Positions 51,049 to 60,582 of a DNA stretch of 64,000 bases are shown piece by piece. Source of the stretch: an uncultured Candidatus Entotheonella sp. (lineage in GTDB: Bacteria > Tectomicrobia > Entotheonellia > Entotheonellales > Entotheonellaceae); assembly GCA_965217185.1 (NCBI GenBank), contig OZ244252.1:1792001-1856000 (forward strand), given 5' to 3'. How positions within the stretch are numbered: position 1 is the stretch's first letter; the number at the start of each line of letters is the position of its first letter. The translations under genes were made by a program, and so were the position numbers. The notes below the pieces were generated by a model, which worked only from the letters and a program-made list of their open reading frames with translations, was not told where the DNA came from and ran no database searches.

Positions 51049-54000
51049 CTACGGCCACAGGAAGTCCGCCGCCAACAGGTCCGCCACCGCGATGCCTTCC
51101 AACCGCACCGTGCCGCCGCCGTGGGCGCGCAGGTCCAGGATCGTCGCGCTGCCGTCCGCCGTCAGCTTCAGCGACGCGAAACCCTTAAGGCCCGCGAAGG
51201 CGCTCAGGTCGATGCGGTCGCCCTCCTCGGGGGTGAAGTCGGTGATCGTGTCGGCACCGTCACCGGCGGCGAACACGAACGTATCGGCGCCCGTACCGCC
51301 CGTCAGGCTGTCCGCGCCGCCGTCGCCGTAGAGCGTGTCATCGTCCGCGCCGCCTTGCAGCACGTCGTTGCCGCCGTCGCCTTGCAGCACGTCGTGGCCG
51401 CCGCCGCCGTACAGGAGGTCGTCGCCGCTGCCGCCGTACAGATCGTCGTCACCCGACGCCGCGCCTCTGCCGTTGCTGTCGCCGTAGAGCACGTCGTGGC
51501 CGCCGCCGCCGTAGAGCGTGTCGTCGCCGCTGCCGCCGTGCAGGGTGTCGCGGCCGCCGCCGCCGTCCAGGGTATCGTCGCCGCCGTTGCCGAGCAGTAT
51601 GTCATCGCCCGCTCGCCCGCTCAGCGTGTCGTCGTCTGCGGTACCGGTGAGGCGCCGCGCGGTCGCCGGACCCAGCAGCGTCGTCGACATCGTCGCCGAC
51701 AGCGCCCGCCCGTCGCCGGTGCACACCGCCCCGGCGGTGCCGCAGGCGCGCCCGCCCGCCAGCGTCACCGTCACGTCGCCAAGCGAATCCGGCTTGACCG
51801 TCACCTCCCACAGGTCCTTGCGCCGGTCTACCCGCTTCGCTCTGGTCACGCTGCCGCCGGACACCGATAACGACTGGTCGCGGAACGTCCGGAAGCTGAT
51901 CGAGATGCCCTCGCTGAACGCGATCCTGAGCTTGAACGCCGTCTTCCCGTCATGCTCCGCCGGCACCTCCACGAAACTCGCCGTCAGCGGCACGACCGCA
52001 GGGCCGGCGACGGTCGCCGACGGGCTGTTCGTCAGCGTACGCGGGTTGTTCCCGTAGGTGCACACCGCCCCGGCCGTGCCGCAGGCACGGTTGCCCGGCA
52101 GCGTGATCGTCACAGCCTCATTCGAGTCAGGCTTGGCCGTGATCTTCCATCGGTCGAGGTGGCCGTTGACGCGGCGTGCGCCGGTCACCTCGCCCCCGTC
52201 CACCGTGAACGAGGCGCTCCGCAGCGTCTGGGTGTCCTTGCTGAACACCACCCGGAACGTGAACGTGCGGCCCTCCCCGTCATGCGTCCTCTCGAGGCCC
52301 TCGAACGCAGCCGTGAACGGTATCGGGCCCGGGCCCTCGATCGTCGTCGAAATCCCCCGCGCCAGCGAACGCCCGTCCGCCGTGCAGATCGCCCCCGGCT
52401 CGTCGCACGGACGCCACGCTTCGATCCGCATCTTCAGGTCGTCGCCCGAACGCGGCTGGAGCTCGAAATCCCACACGACCTCTCCGGCATTCCGGCCACC
52501 CGGCACCTGGCCGCTCACGGGGCGCACCGACGTCACCCGTCCGCCCTCGACCTCCACACCGTGCTCGCCCACGTTCTCCGGGGTCTCGTCGAGCGCCTCG
52601 CTGAACGCCACCTGCACGTTGACCCGCTTCTTGCCGTCGTGGCGCGGCGGCGGCGACACGAACCGGCCGCTCAGCGCCCGCCTGCCGCCCACAATCTCCT
52701 CTACCTCCGCCGTGTAGCTGCCGACGCGATACCTGCGGGCGTCGCCGGGGCGATCCGTCGTGGCAACCCGGAATCGCCACGTCTGCACCCCCGAGTCCGG
52801 CGGGTGCGCCCGAAGATCGATGACGAAGGCCTGGAACTCATAATCGACGATGAAAAGACTGGTAGAGATGACAGGCAGATCCACCCGCTTGGTGTGGCCG
52901 TTGACCCACGGTCGGGCCATGTTGTGCGAGTGGTAGCGGCCGAACAACGGCTTGTAGGCAAATTGGATCGCCGGCGTCGACGCCGTGCCGTCGCCGGTCT
53001 CGCGGCCGAGGACCCGTACGACGTACCGCTTGCCCGGCTGTACCTCGACCTCGAACTGGTCGGCCTCGCCGTAGGAGCCGAGCACGGCCCGCTGCGGCGT
53101 GCCGACGGTCACGGGCATGTTCCAGGGCTCGTCCTCCGTTTCCGGCAGGAAAATGATCCGCATCCCGCCCACCTTCGGCCTGTCCCGCTCGCTAGAGGGA
53201 GCGGCCCAGGGCTTGTCGGGCGGGACCCCGGCCTTGGAGATCGCGATCTGGTGCTCGCCCGTCTCCTGCGCCGTGATGAGAGGCCGGAGGTGATTGGTGG
53301 AGATCACGTCCACGACAAAGTCCGCGATCTTCGTGCCGCCCGGAGCCGTGACCTCCACGCGGTGGTACGCCGCCACGCCGACGACGGCAAACAGATACTC
53401 GGCGTCCGCCCCGAGGTCGGCCGTGAACACCTTCTGATCGCGAAGCGAATCGAGGCGCGACTCCGTCCTGCCGTACACGAGTGGGCCCGCAGCCTGGGGC
53501 ACAAGCGTCGGCGTCGTCCCGCTGACCACGTTGCTGTTGGCGCTTTCGCCGTTATCGTTGAAGGACCGGACCCGGTAGTGGCGCGTGGTCCCGGGCGTGA
53601 TGGTGTTGTCGTTGAAGTGCGACTGGAATGTCACGTGCAAGTAGTCCCGGACCGGGTTGATGACGTTCACGACCGACGTCCACGGCTCGTTGCCGTCGTC
53701 GGACCCTTCGATGTACCACCCCGTGAGTCCCGACGAACCCCCGGGCACATCCCAGTCGAGAGAGATCCGCGTCGGCGCTTTCACCTCCGCGGTCAGGTTG
53801 GTGGGCGCGGCCGGCAAGGCCAGGCCCTTAATCGCAAACATTACGGAGGTTGCGTCGTTGCTCCAGCTCTGCGACGACAAGCTTTTCCAGAGCGAGGCGC
53901 CTCCGATGGACCAATTCGGATCGCTCGGAGTGGCCGTTTCTCTGTTCGTGCTCGTTCGAGCCACTTGTACGCGGTTGCTACTTGCCTGTGCCTTCCCGTC

Positions 54001-54855
54001 GTTGACAACCACCCAATAAACCGTGTTCGGGGTCAGCGTCGTACCGTCAGATGCGGTGAATGTGTTATCACTGTTTGATGATAGGGCCCCCGGAGTGGTC
54101 AGGTTTTCCAGACCACCGCCCGGCGCGCCGCTACGGTCATGCCTGACCCTTACCAGTGTGCCGGAAGCGTTGCTGCCCACAGCACGCAATTTGACAATTA
54201 CCTCTGTAAGCGTGTATCCGCCGGGATTGGATCCAGTTGTGAAGCTGTTTGCCCGAATTACGTCGTTCTGACCCGATCTGTTCTCTCCTAGGTTCGACAC
54301 GAACGTCGTCTCTGTCTGTGCCTGGGCCGTGGGCGCAGCGGCGAGCGCGAACGCTACGAGCAGCGCCGCGGCGGCCAGCGCGCGTGCGGAGCGGAGGAGG
54401 CCGCGCCGCTCGCCGGCGAGGCGCGCGAGACCCGCCGGCCGGCCGGTGGCGGGCGGTGCTGCTCCCGAGGCGCCGTCATGGCATCGGCTCGGCTCGGCTC
54501 GGCTCGGCTCGGCTCGGCTCGGCTCGGCTCGGCTCGGCTCGGCTCGGCTCGGCTCGGCTCGGCTCGGCTCGGCTCGGCTCGGCTCGGCTCGGCTCGGCTC
54601 GGCTCGGCTCGGCTCGGCTCGGCTCGGCTCGGCTCGGCTCGGCTCGGCTCGGCTCGGCTCGGCTCGGCTCGGCTCGGCTCGGCTCGGCTCGGCTCGGCTC
54701 GGCTCGGCTCGGCTCGGCTCGGCTCGGCTCGGCTCGGCTCGGCTCGGCTCGGCTCGGCTCTCAAGATGAAAACCGCATTCCGGGGATGTCAAGCCCTTTT
54801 TGACGGGGGCGGCGCCGGGCCTCCCGGACATGCCGCTGAGGCGCCGTGCCTGCAT
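51049..54855 (-). CDS. Large secreted/surface protein: FN3 domain, three Cys-containing Ig-like repeats, RTX Ca-binding repeats; SSR in 5' coding region
   Basis: ATG 54855 after GAGGAG (ORF open from 54957); (RAEPS)n; hydrophobic signal ending AQA-Q; PAAPTNLTA...YRVRSFN; HDG...GAVCT.DGR x3; many GGxGxD. Confidence 0.88.
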   Translation of the reverse strand: MQARRLSGMSGRPGAAPVKKGLTSPECGFHLESRAEPSRAEPSRAEPSRAEPSRAEPSRAEPSRAEPSRAEPSRAEPSRAEPSRAEPSRAEPSRAEPSRAEPSRAEPSRAEPSRAEPSRAEPSRCHDGASGAAPPATGRPAGLARLAGERRGLLRSARALAAAALLVAFALAAAPTAQAQTETTFVSNLGENRSGQNDVIRANSFTTGSNPGGYTLTEVIVKLRAVGSNASGTLVRVRHDRSGAPGGGLENLTTPGALSSNSDNTFTASDGTTLTPNTVYWVVVNDGKAQASSNRVQVARTSTNRETATPSDPNWSIGGASLWKSLSSQSWSNDATSVMFAIKGLALPAAPTNLTAEVKAPTRISLDWDVPGGSSGLTGWYIEGSDDGNEPWTSVVNVINPVRDYLHVTFQSHFNDNTITPGTTRHYRVRSFNDNGESANSNVVSGTTPTLVPQAAGPLVYGRTESRLDSLRDQKVFTADLGADAEYLFAVVGVAAYHRVEVTAPGGTKIADFVVDVISTNHLRPLITAQETGEHQIAISKAGVPPDKPWAAPSSERDRPKVGGMRIIFLPETEDEPWNMPVTVGTPQRAVLGSYGEADQFEVEVQPGKRYVVRVLGRETGDGTASTPAIQFAYKPLFGRYHSHNMARPWVNGHTKRVDLPVISTSLFIVDYEFQAFVIDLRAHPPDSGVQTWRFRVATTDRPGDARRYRVGSYTAEVEEIVGGRRALSGRFVSPPPRHDGKKRVNVQVAFSEALDETPENVGEHGVEVEGGRVTSVRPVSGQVPGGRNAGEVVWDFELQPRSGDDLKMRIEAWRPCDEPGAICTADGRSLARGISTTIEGPGPIPFTAAFEGLERTHDGEGRTFTFRVVFSKDTQTLRSASFTVDGGEVTGARRVNGHLDRWKITAKPDSNEAVTITLPGNRACGTAGAVCTYGNNPRTLTNSPSATVAGPAVVPLTASFVEVPAEHDGKTAFKLRIAFSEGISISFRTFRDQSLSVSGGSVTRAKRVDRRKDLWEVTVKPDSLGDVTVTLAGGRACGTAGAVCTGDGRALSATMSTTLLGPATARRLTGTADDDTLSGRAGDDILLGNGGDDTLDGGGGRDTLHGGSGDDTLYGGGGHDVLYGDSNGRGAASGDDDLYGGSGDDLLYGGGGHDVLQGDGGNDVLQGGADDDTLYGDGGADSLTGGTGADTFVFAAGDGADTITDFTPEEGDRIDLSAFAGLKGFASLKLTADGSATILDLRAHGGGTVRLEGIAVADLLAADFLWP
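54486..54760. repeat. Pentanucleotide microsatellite (GGCTC)55
   Basis: 275 bp of uninterrupted GGCTC. Confidence 0.95.
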
Positions 54856-55152
54856 GGCCCGCTCCTCTTCACGTGCAAAGCCGTTCGCAGTTTCGACCTC
54901 GCCCGTCGCCGAACTTCCTGCCGTCACACTGCCTGTCGCGCTGATCCTGTCAGACATACTGTGCTTCCCCCTTCGTGAGATGGATGCGGCTTTTCCCCGC
55001 CGGCAGAATCTCTGCTCACGTCGCTGCCGTGACCAACCGTGTATCCGAACGTGCCGGCCCGCGCCGCCATCGTCACCGGCCCGCGGGTCTCCGCGCCGGA
55101 GGGAGACGCACTATACACGAAAATGAAAAACGAAATACCTCCCATATGGGAG

Positions 55153-56176
55153 GGTAGTGGCTCAGCTTGAGTGCGACCTGAAGTCGCATTATGTGAGTGA
55201 TTCCCACAAGGAATCCTGGCCAGTGTGCAGGCCAGTCGCCGACCTCGCATGCGCCGCTGGTAACGGCGGGGTGTGAAGCCGAGGCCAAAAGCCTAATGGC
55301 AACGGTAGCCATAACCGAACCCAGGGCAAGGCGAAGAACGGTAAGGTGAACGTAAGTGAACCTTCGTCTGAAGCGTCGTCAAGCCAAGCTGTCGAAACGT
55401 GGACGATACGGCAGTATCGGGTCATACGTGAAAAGGGGATTTCAAACGCCCCTGTACGCACACCATAGGCCCCGGCGTATAGAAGGCACCTAAGCCGCCC
55501 GTATCTCAACAATGCGAAACAGGACAACCCCGTTGAGGTCTGGTCTTTGAACCAGCAGCCCGACCGTAAGGAAAGGTCAACTCCTCAGCGGGCACAGGAG
55601 GTTGCAAGAAGCGAAGGCCAGCCGCCGAAAGGCAAAGCGAAACCATAAGCTGCTGGATAGGGCACATAGCCAACCCGAAAGGGTGCTGACGTGCAACTGG
55701 TGAGCTAGCCTTGAAACATGGCAACGATGGCAAATTCTTGGCGGATGTTAGATGCACGGGTAACCGTTGCAAACAGAGCCAAGACACCAGCATAGCCGGT
55801 GCGCCATTCGAGACTGTGAACTCAAGGGCCTTGTGAAGGCTTAATTGGCTTGCTTGAGCCGTGTGCGGTGAAAGCTGCAAGCACGGTTCTTAGGGGAGGG
55901 GGTGACAGCGATGCTACCCCCTTACCCGACAAAGACTGGCTCACGTGTCCCAGACGGGTTGCACGTTCGGTCGTCCGGCGCCGGTTTCCCCCTCACCCCG
56001 ACCCTCTCCCACCAGGGGAGAGGGGGAGACCCCCAGTCCGGCTCACCCCGACCCTCTCCCACCAGGGGAGAGGAGGGGGGACCCCCAGTCCGGGTCCCCT
56101 CCCCCCTCCGTGGGGGAGGGCTAGGGAGAGGGGGAAGCGTTGGTGTGAGAAGGAAATTTGAAAGTGAGCCACTACC
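55153..56176. mobile_element. MITE copy B (two internal units), interrupted by an ORF-less intron
   Basis: 55153-55170 GGTAGTGGCTCAGCTTGA plus 55931-56176 AAAGACTGGCTCACG...GAGCCACTACC are colinear with copy A. Confidence 0.9.
55171..55930 (+). ncRNA. ORF-less group II intron (IIB/CL-like), 760 nt
   Basis: 5' GTGCG; DV GAGCCGTGTGCGGTGAAAGCTGCAAGCACGGTTC (55856-55889); DVI ending CCCTTACCCGAC; empty site seen in MITE copy A; no RT ORF. Confidence 0.92.
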
Positions 56177-56296
56177 GGAATGCGCGAACCATGGACGGGC
56201 AAGCGCCGGCCTGTTGACATGAGTCGCTTCGGTGACGTAGGTTTGCGTCCTTCTCAGCCGCAAGCGGAGCGACTCCATCTGAAGCAAGGCCCGCCA

Positions 56297-57199
56297 GTGA
56301 CCGAAATCAACACCCCTCCGAATGACTCCCCAAGTCGTGATGTTGAGATCCTGATCGGCGACAGCCGCGACGTGCTGAGCCGGCTGGAAGCCCAGTCCGT
56401 GCAATGCTGCGTCACCTCGCCGCCCTATTGGGGGTTGAGGGACTACGACCATGCCGAGCAAATTGGCGCTGAAGCCTCTCCTGATGACTACGTGGAGAAT
56501 CTGGTGCGGATTTTCCGCGAAGTACGTCGGGTGCTGCGTGACGACGGGACGCTGTGGCTGAACGTCGGGGATGGATACGCCCGCAACGGCGGCACCGGGA
56601 AAAGTGGCCCCAACGCGCAGGTCGGCAACACGAGGAAGCTGATCCAAAGGCGTAATTGTGACGTGCCGGACTGCTGGGGGTTGAAGGACCGCGATTTGAT
56701 GGGATTGCCCTGGCGGGTAGCGTTTGCGTTGCAAGCGGACGGCTGGCTGCTGCGCTCCAGGATAACCTGGGTAAAGAAAGCGCCCATGCCGGAGAGCGTC
56801 AAGAATCGCCCCTCGAATGCTACCGAAGACGTGTTTCTGCTCTGCAAGACCCCGACGTATTTTTACGACAACCAAGCTGTCCGCGAAGAGAGTGGCGCCA
56901 ATCTCAGAAACTACTGGATGCTGGGTCCCGACCCCGGCGGAACGTCTCACCCCGCTGTCTTCCCCAGAGAACTGGTCCGCCGTTGCGTGCTCTTGAGCAG
57001 CCGCCCTGGAGACCTGGTTCTGGACCCCTTTTCCGGCTCCGGAACCACGGGGGTTGTGGCCGTGGAACTGAATCGCCGAGCGGTTCTCATCGAACTGAAC
57101 GAAACCTACGCCATACAGTCCAAAGCGCGTCTTGACAGCGGCCTGCAGCGAACCCTCTTCACCCAGCCAGGGCAGCCTGCGGTGCGGGTTAAGCGATGA
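56297..57199 (+). CDS. Orphan beta-class N4-cytosine/N6-adenine DNA methyltransferase
   Basis: VTSPPYW, HPAVFP, LDPFSGSGTT. Confidence 0.92.
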   Translation: MTEINTPPNDSPSRDVEILIGDSRDVLSRLEAQSVQCCVTSPPYWGLRDYDHAEQIGAEASPDDYVENLVRIFREVRRVLRDDGTLWLNVGDGYARNGGTGKSGPNAQVGNTRKLIQRRNCDVPDCWGLKDRDLMGLPWRVAFALQADGWLLRSRITWVKKAPMPESVKNRPSNATEDVFLLCKTPTYFYDNQAVREESGANLRNYWMLGPDPGGTSHPAVFPRELVRRCVLLSSRPGDLVLDPFSGSGTTGVVAVELNRRAVLIELNETYAIQSKARLDSGLQRTLFTQPGQPAVRVKR

Positions 57200-57333
57200 C
57201 GACCCTTCCGCAACTGCGACGAACCTATCACAACGAGATTGCTCTTCAGATTACGGGACATCAGCGACCTGCCGTTTGACCTCGCTGTTTGACGATTCCG
57301 CTGTGCAAGTTTGGTGATGGGCAGTCCAATTGT

Positions 57334-58131
57334 TCAATCGCTATCTATCGGAGGTTGGAAACCGGGTATGGACCTGACGAGCATGGACACGACTGCGGGT
57401 GGCGCCTTCGCGGCCAAGTCTGCAAGGATGCCTTGGAGGGCCTGGTCAGGACTCCGGCCCTGCAGCAGTTCCTCGGGTGATACGGAATCGTCCCCGTCAG
57501 CATCGTAGGAGCCGATCAAGTGGGTGACAACGAAGGGGCCCACTGCGGAAGCCGCGAGTTGGGCGATGAGGAGCTTGTCCAACGATACGAACGCTTCTCG
57601 CTGCCGGGCGACAACCCCCTGATAGGCAATGAAGAAACTCGCCGCGCGCATCGCTTGCCGAAGCTCGGCACGGGAAAATACTCCGTCCCCGGTGACGTCG
57701 ATCAGGTCGGTAACAACCGCGACACACCGTGTCGTGATGCCGTCCATGCGCCTGCACAGCGTGACGAAATCATCGAGTCCACTGAAAACGGTAACGACGT
57801 CGGCCAACAGGAGGGACATGGACCCCGGCAGAGCGTCGCATGGCTCGAGGTTATCCACGGACAGGACCCGTTCATGCGCTTCGCCTTTCACCCTCAGGAT
57901 CAAGGATCCGCCCACCCATTCAGCCGGGACCACCGCCACCCGGGTTGCCAACCCCTCCCCTTCGATCATCAGGGCGATACGCGCATTCACGAGGAGCGTG
58001 AGACCACCCTTACCGCATCCTACCGTGCTCCAGATGCCCGCCACCCGCTCTGGCGCGAGCTCGGCTGTGGATGACGAGCCGGAAAATAAGAGGACCGCAA
58101 GGCCAGCCATCAAGAAAGTAGAACACCTCAT
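57334..58131 (-). CDS. Secreted protein with two EF-hand-like loops
   Basis: Signal peptide; DVTGDGVFSRAEL and DADGDDSVSPEEL. Confidence 0.75.
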   Translation of the reverse strand: MRCSTFLMAGLAVLLFSGSSSTAELAPERVAGIWSTVGCGKGGLTLLVNARIALMIEGEGLATRVAVVPAEWVGGSLILRVKGEAHERVLSVDNLEPCDALPGSMSLLLADVVTVFSGLDDFVTLCRRMDGITTRCVAVVTDLIDVTGDGVFSRAELRQAMRAASFFIAYQGVVARQREAFVSLDKLLIAQLAASAVGPFVVTHLIGSYDADGDDSVSPEELLQGRSPDQALQGILADLAAKAPPAVVSMLVRSIPGFQPPIDSD

Positions 58132-58347
58132 CCATTTTCCTCCTGATTGTCACCCCCAACGGGGTCCGTTATGCAAGCGTTCGTCTTGGTCATCATACCC
58201 CAACGTCCGCGAAGGTCTGCTGCCGCCCAGCCCCGCAGGCCGCCTGCAAATGGCATTCCACCGCACCATGCGGTACAATCGCAGCCCGCCGAACGGCCTC
58301 ACGCATCCACGACCTACCGAGTTGCAACCCACAATGAGAACGGCGCC

Positions 58348-59133
58348 GTGACGGATGTTTCCCGCAGGGCATGGCTGAAACGCATGATGGAAGATACGGA
58401 CACGTGGCGAGGCTGGGTTTTCGACCACGTGGTTAAGGGCTTGATCGTCTTCTCGATCATCAGCTATGCCGTCGAGACGTTGCCGGATTTGTCCCCCCGT
58501 ATGCAGGACTTCCTATATGCCCTGGAAGTGACCGTCGTTATCATTTTCACCGTGGAGTACGCCCTGCGGATCTATGTTGCCGACAACAGGCGGGCCTACA
58601 TATTCAGCCTGCTAGGCATCATCGATCTGCTGGCCGTTTTGCCGTTTTACATTCTCCTTGGCGGCGCCGATTCCCGCGTTGTGCGGGCCATGCGCCTGTT
58701 GCGGATTGCCAGAACGCTCAAGCTGGTCCGTTACAACCAGGCGGCTGACCGACTGCTGCGGGCCGTGGTCATTGCCAAGGAAGAAATCGTGCTGTTTTTC
58801 TTCCTCACAGCCGTGTCCCTCTACCTTGCCGCCAGCGGTATTCACTACTTCGAAAGTGAGGTGCAGCCCGACAAATTCGGCTCGGTTTTCCATGGCCTGT
58901 GGTGGGCCGTCGTGACCCTGACCACCGTGGGCTACGGCGATGTCTATCCGGTAACCATGGGTGGGCGGTTATTCACCTTTTTCATCCTCATGATCGGCAT
59001 GGGCATCATCGCCGTGCCCCCCGGCATCATTTCCTCCGCCCTCTCCAAGGCCCGGCAGGAGCAGGAAAAGGTCGATGAATCCAAATCCTCGAAGCAGGGC
59101 ACAGAAAAGCAACCCACAGAGATGGACACGTAG
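58348..59133 (+). CDS. Voltage-gated-type potassium channel
   Basis: S4 RAMRLLRIARTLK; filter TTVGYGD. Confidence 0.93.
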   Translation: MTDVSRRAWLKRMMEDTDTWRGWVFDHVVKGLIVFSIISYAVETLPDLSPRMQDFLYALEVTVVIIFTVEYALRIYVADNRRAYIFSLLGIIDLLAVLPFYILLGGADSRVVRAMRLLRIARTLKLVRYNQAADRLLRAVVIAKEEIVLFFFLTAVSLYLAASGIHYFESEVQPDKFGSVFHGLWWAVVTLTTVGYGDVYPVTMGGRLFTFFILMIGMGIIAVPPGIISSALSKARQEQEKVDESKSSKQGTEKQPTEMDT

Positions 59134-59162
59134 CGCGCTGTCCCCATCCCGGAAAAGCCCCG

Positions 59163-60191
59163 ATGCTTGACCTGGAACGTCTGAACATTGATACGGAGGC
59201 GTCCTTTGAGGACGCAAACAACCTGCTGTACCGGCTGGGGGTTACGGACGGCTTGCCCGTGATGCCGCCGACCGGGGCGCGCGTGGCGGCGATGGTCGGA
59301 GAGCGGAATCCATCGCGGACAGTGGCAACGCTGCCGCCGATGCAAGGGCAGGCAACGGTGCGAGGCTTGGCCATCTGCGCGGTCATGGCGGGGTGCCGAC
59401 CTGATGAATTCGACGTTCTGCAGGCGGCAACAGCGGCGGTGGCGGATCCGGCGTTCAACCTGTTTGGTATTCAGACAACAACCGGCACGGTGACGCCGCT
59501 GCTCATCGTCAACGGCCCGGTGATACAACGCCTGGGGCTGAACACCGCGGCCAATGCGCTGGGACCGGGAACGCGGGCCAACGCCACGATCGGACGGGCA
59601 CTGCAGTTCGTGCTGCGAACGATTGGCGGTGCCCAACCCGGGCGTGGCGACAAAGCTACGATGGGACAGCCGGGCAAGTTCACTTTTTGCTGCGCGGAAA
59701 ATGCCCTGGCGAGCCCGTGGGAAGCGCTGCACGTTTGGCGGGGATTTGCGGCGGAACAAAGCACGGTGACCGTGGTCGGGGCCACGGGCACGATCGAGGT
59801 CGTGGACGCCGACAGCGTCGATGCCGAGGGGGTGCTCACCACCATGGCGCATTCGATGGCCATCGCCGGCAACTTGGGAAGGGATGGCCTGCTGGGCAGC
59901 GGCGAGCCGCTGCTGTTGGTGGCGCCGGAACACGCCGAGATCATTGCGCGGACGCACAGCCGCCGGCAGGCACAGACTTTTCTGTTCGAGCACGCCCGGT
60001 TGCCGGTCGGGGCACTGGCACCGGCTCAGGCGGCGCGCCTGCGGGGAACTTCGGTGACGGAATTGGCAGTCGCGCCATGCCCGGAGGCCATCATGCTGGT
60101 GGTGCTGGGCGGGTCGGGAGCCAAATCGACCTACGTGCCGACGTGGGGCGGCGGCACACGGGCTGTAACTCGGGTCGTTGAAGCAGGTTGA
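59163..60191 (+). CDS. Conserved hypothetical protein (TDGLPVMPPT family)
   Basis: TDGLPVMPPT, AVMAGCRP, IVNGP, RANATIGRA, GQPGK. Confidence 0.8.
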   Translation: MLDLERLNIDTEASFEDANNLLYRLGVTDGLPVMPPTGARVAAMVGERNPSRTVATLPPMQGQATVRGLAICAVMAGCRPDEFDVLQAATAAVADPAFNLFGIQTTTGTVTPLLIVNGPVIQRLGLNTAANALGPGTRANATIGRALQFVLRTIGGAQPGRGDKATMGQPGKFTFCCAENALASPWEALHVWRGFAAEQSTVTVVGATGTIEVVDADSVDAEGVLTTMAHSMAIAGNLGRDGLLGSGEPLLLVAPEHAEIIARTHSRRQAQTFLFEHARLPVGALAPAQAARLRGTSVTELAVAPCPEAIMLVVLGGSGAKSTYVPTWGGGTRAVTRVVEAG

Positions 60192-60280
60192 CGGGGACGT
60201 TACACTTTGGCGCGCGGCGATTGAGCTATGCAAGCAGCCGCATGGTCATCAAAACGAATGAAACGCTCAAGGGAACTGGC

Positions 60281-60550
60281 ATGCCAAAAGCAGGATTGGT
60301 CGGCGTAATTTTCGGCGTGGCCATAGTCGGGCTGGTACTTTATCTGTCACTCAGCTTCGACCAGGTCAGATGCGACGTGTGCGTCGAATACAAAGGGCGA
60401 ACCCAATGCCGCTCGGCCGAAGGAATCGACGCCGAAACCGCCTCACGCACGGCACGCGACAACGCCTGCGCCTTCCTGATCAGCAGCAAAACCGACGCCT
60501 TTCTGTGCGGCCAGGGAACGCCGAAAAGCGTCAGTTGCCAACCCCGGTAG
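60281..60550 (+). CDS. Small membrane-anchored Cys-rich protein
   Basis: One TM helix, six Cys in the soluble part. Confidence 0.65.
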   Translation: MPKAGLVGVIFGVAIVGLVLYLSLSFDQVRCDVCVEYKGRTQCRSAEGIDAETASRTARDNACAFLISSKTDAFLCGQGTPKSVSCQPR

Positions 60551-60582
60551 CCCGATCAAACCTCACACGGAACACGTAAGCC

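Larger units (their letters stand above)
49551..56176. mobile_element. MITE-bounded non-autonomous composite element
   Basis: GGAATGCG at 49543-49550 and 56177-56184 immediately outside the outer TIRs; no transposase inside. Confidence 0.8.

Noticed and set aside
54856..54957. Upstream ATG 54957 as the true start of the RTX protein
   Set aside because: Not excluded (it has GAAGGGGG upstream), but 54855 has a clearer GAGGAG; either start lies upstream of the SSR, so the phase-variation argument is unchanged.
54249..54978. (ARLGS)n and alternative (RAEPS)n ORFs
   Set aside because: Artefacts of a stop-free pentamer tract read in other frames.
26681..55930. The 27-kb RT as the trans-acting maturase of the ORF-less intron
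   Set aside because: The two introns have clearly different 5' ends and DV/DVI sequences, and the RT is frameshifted; no support.
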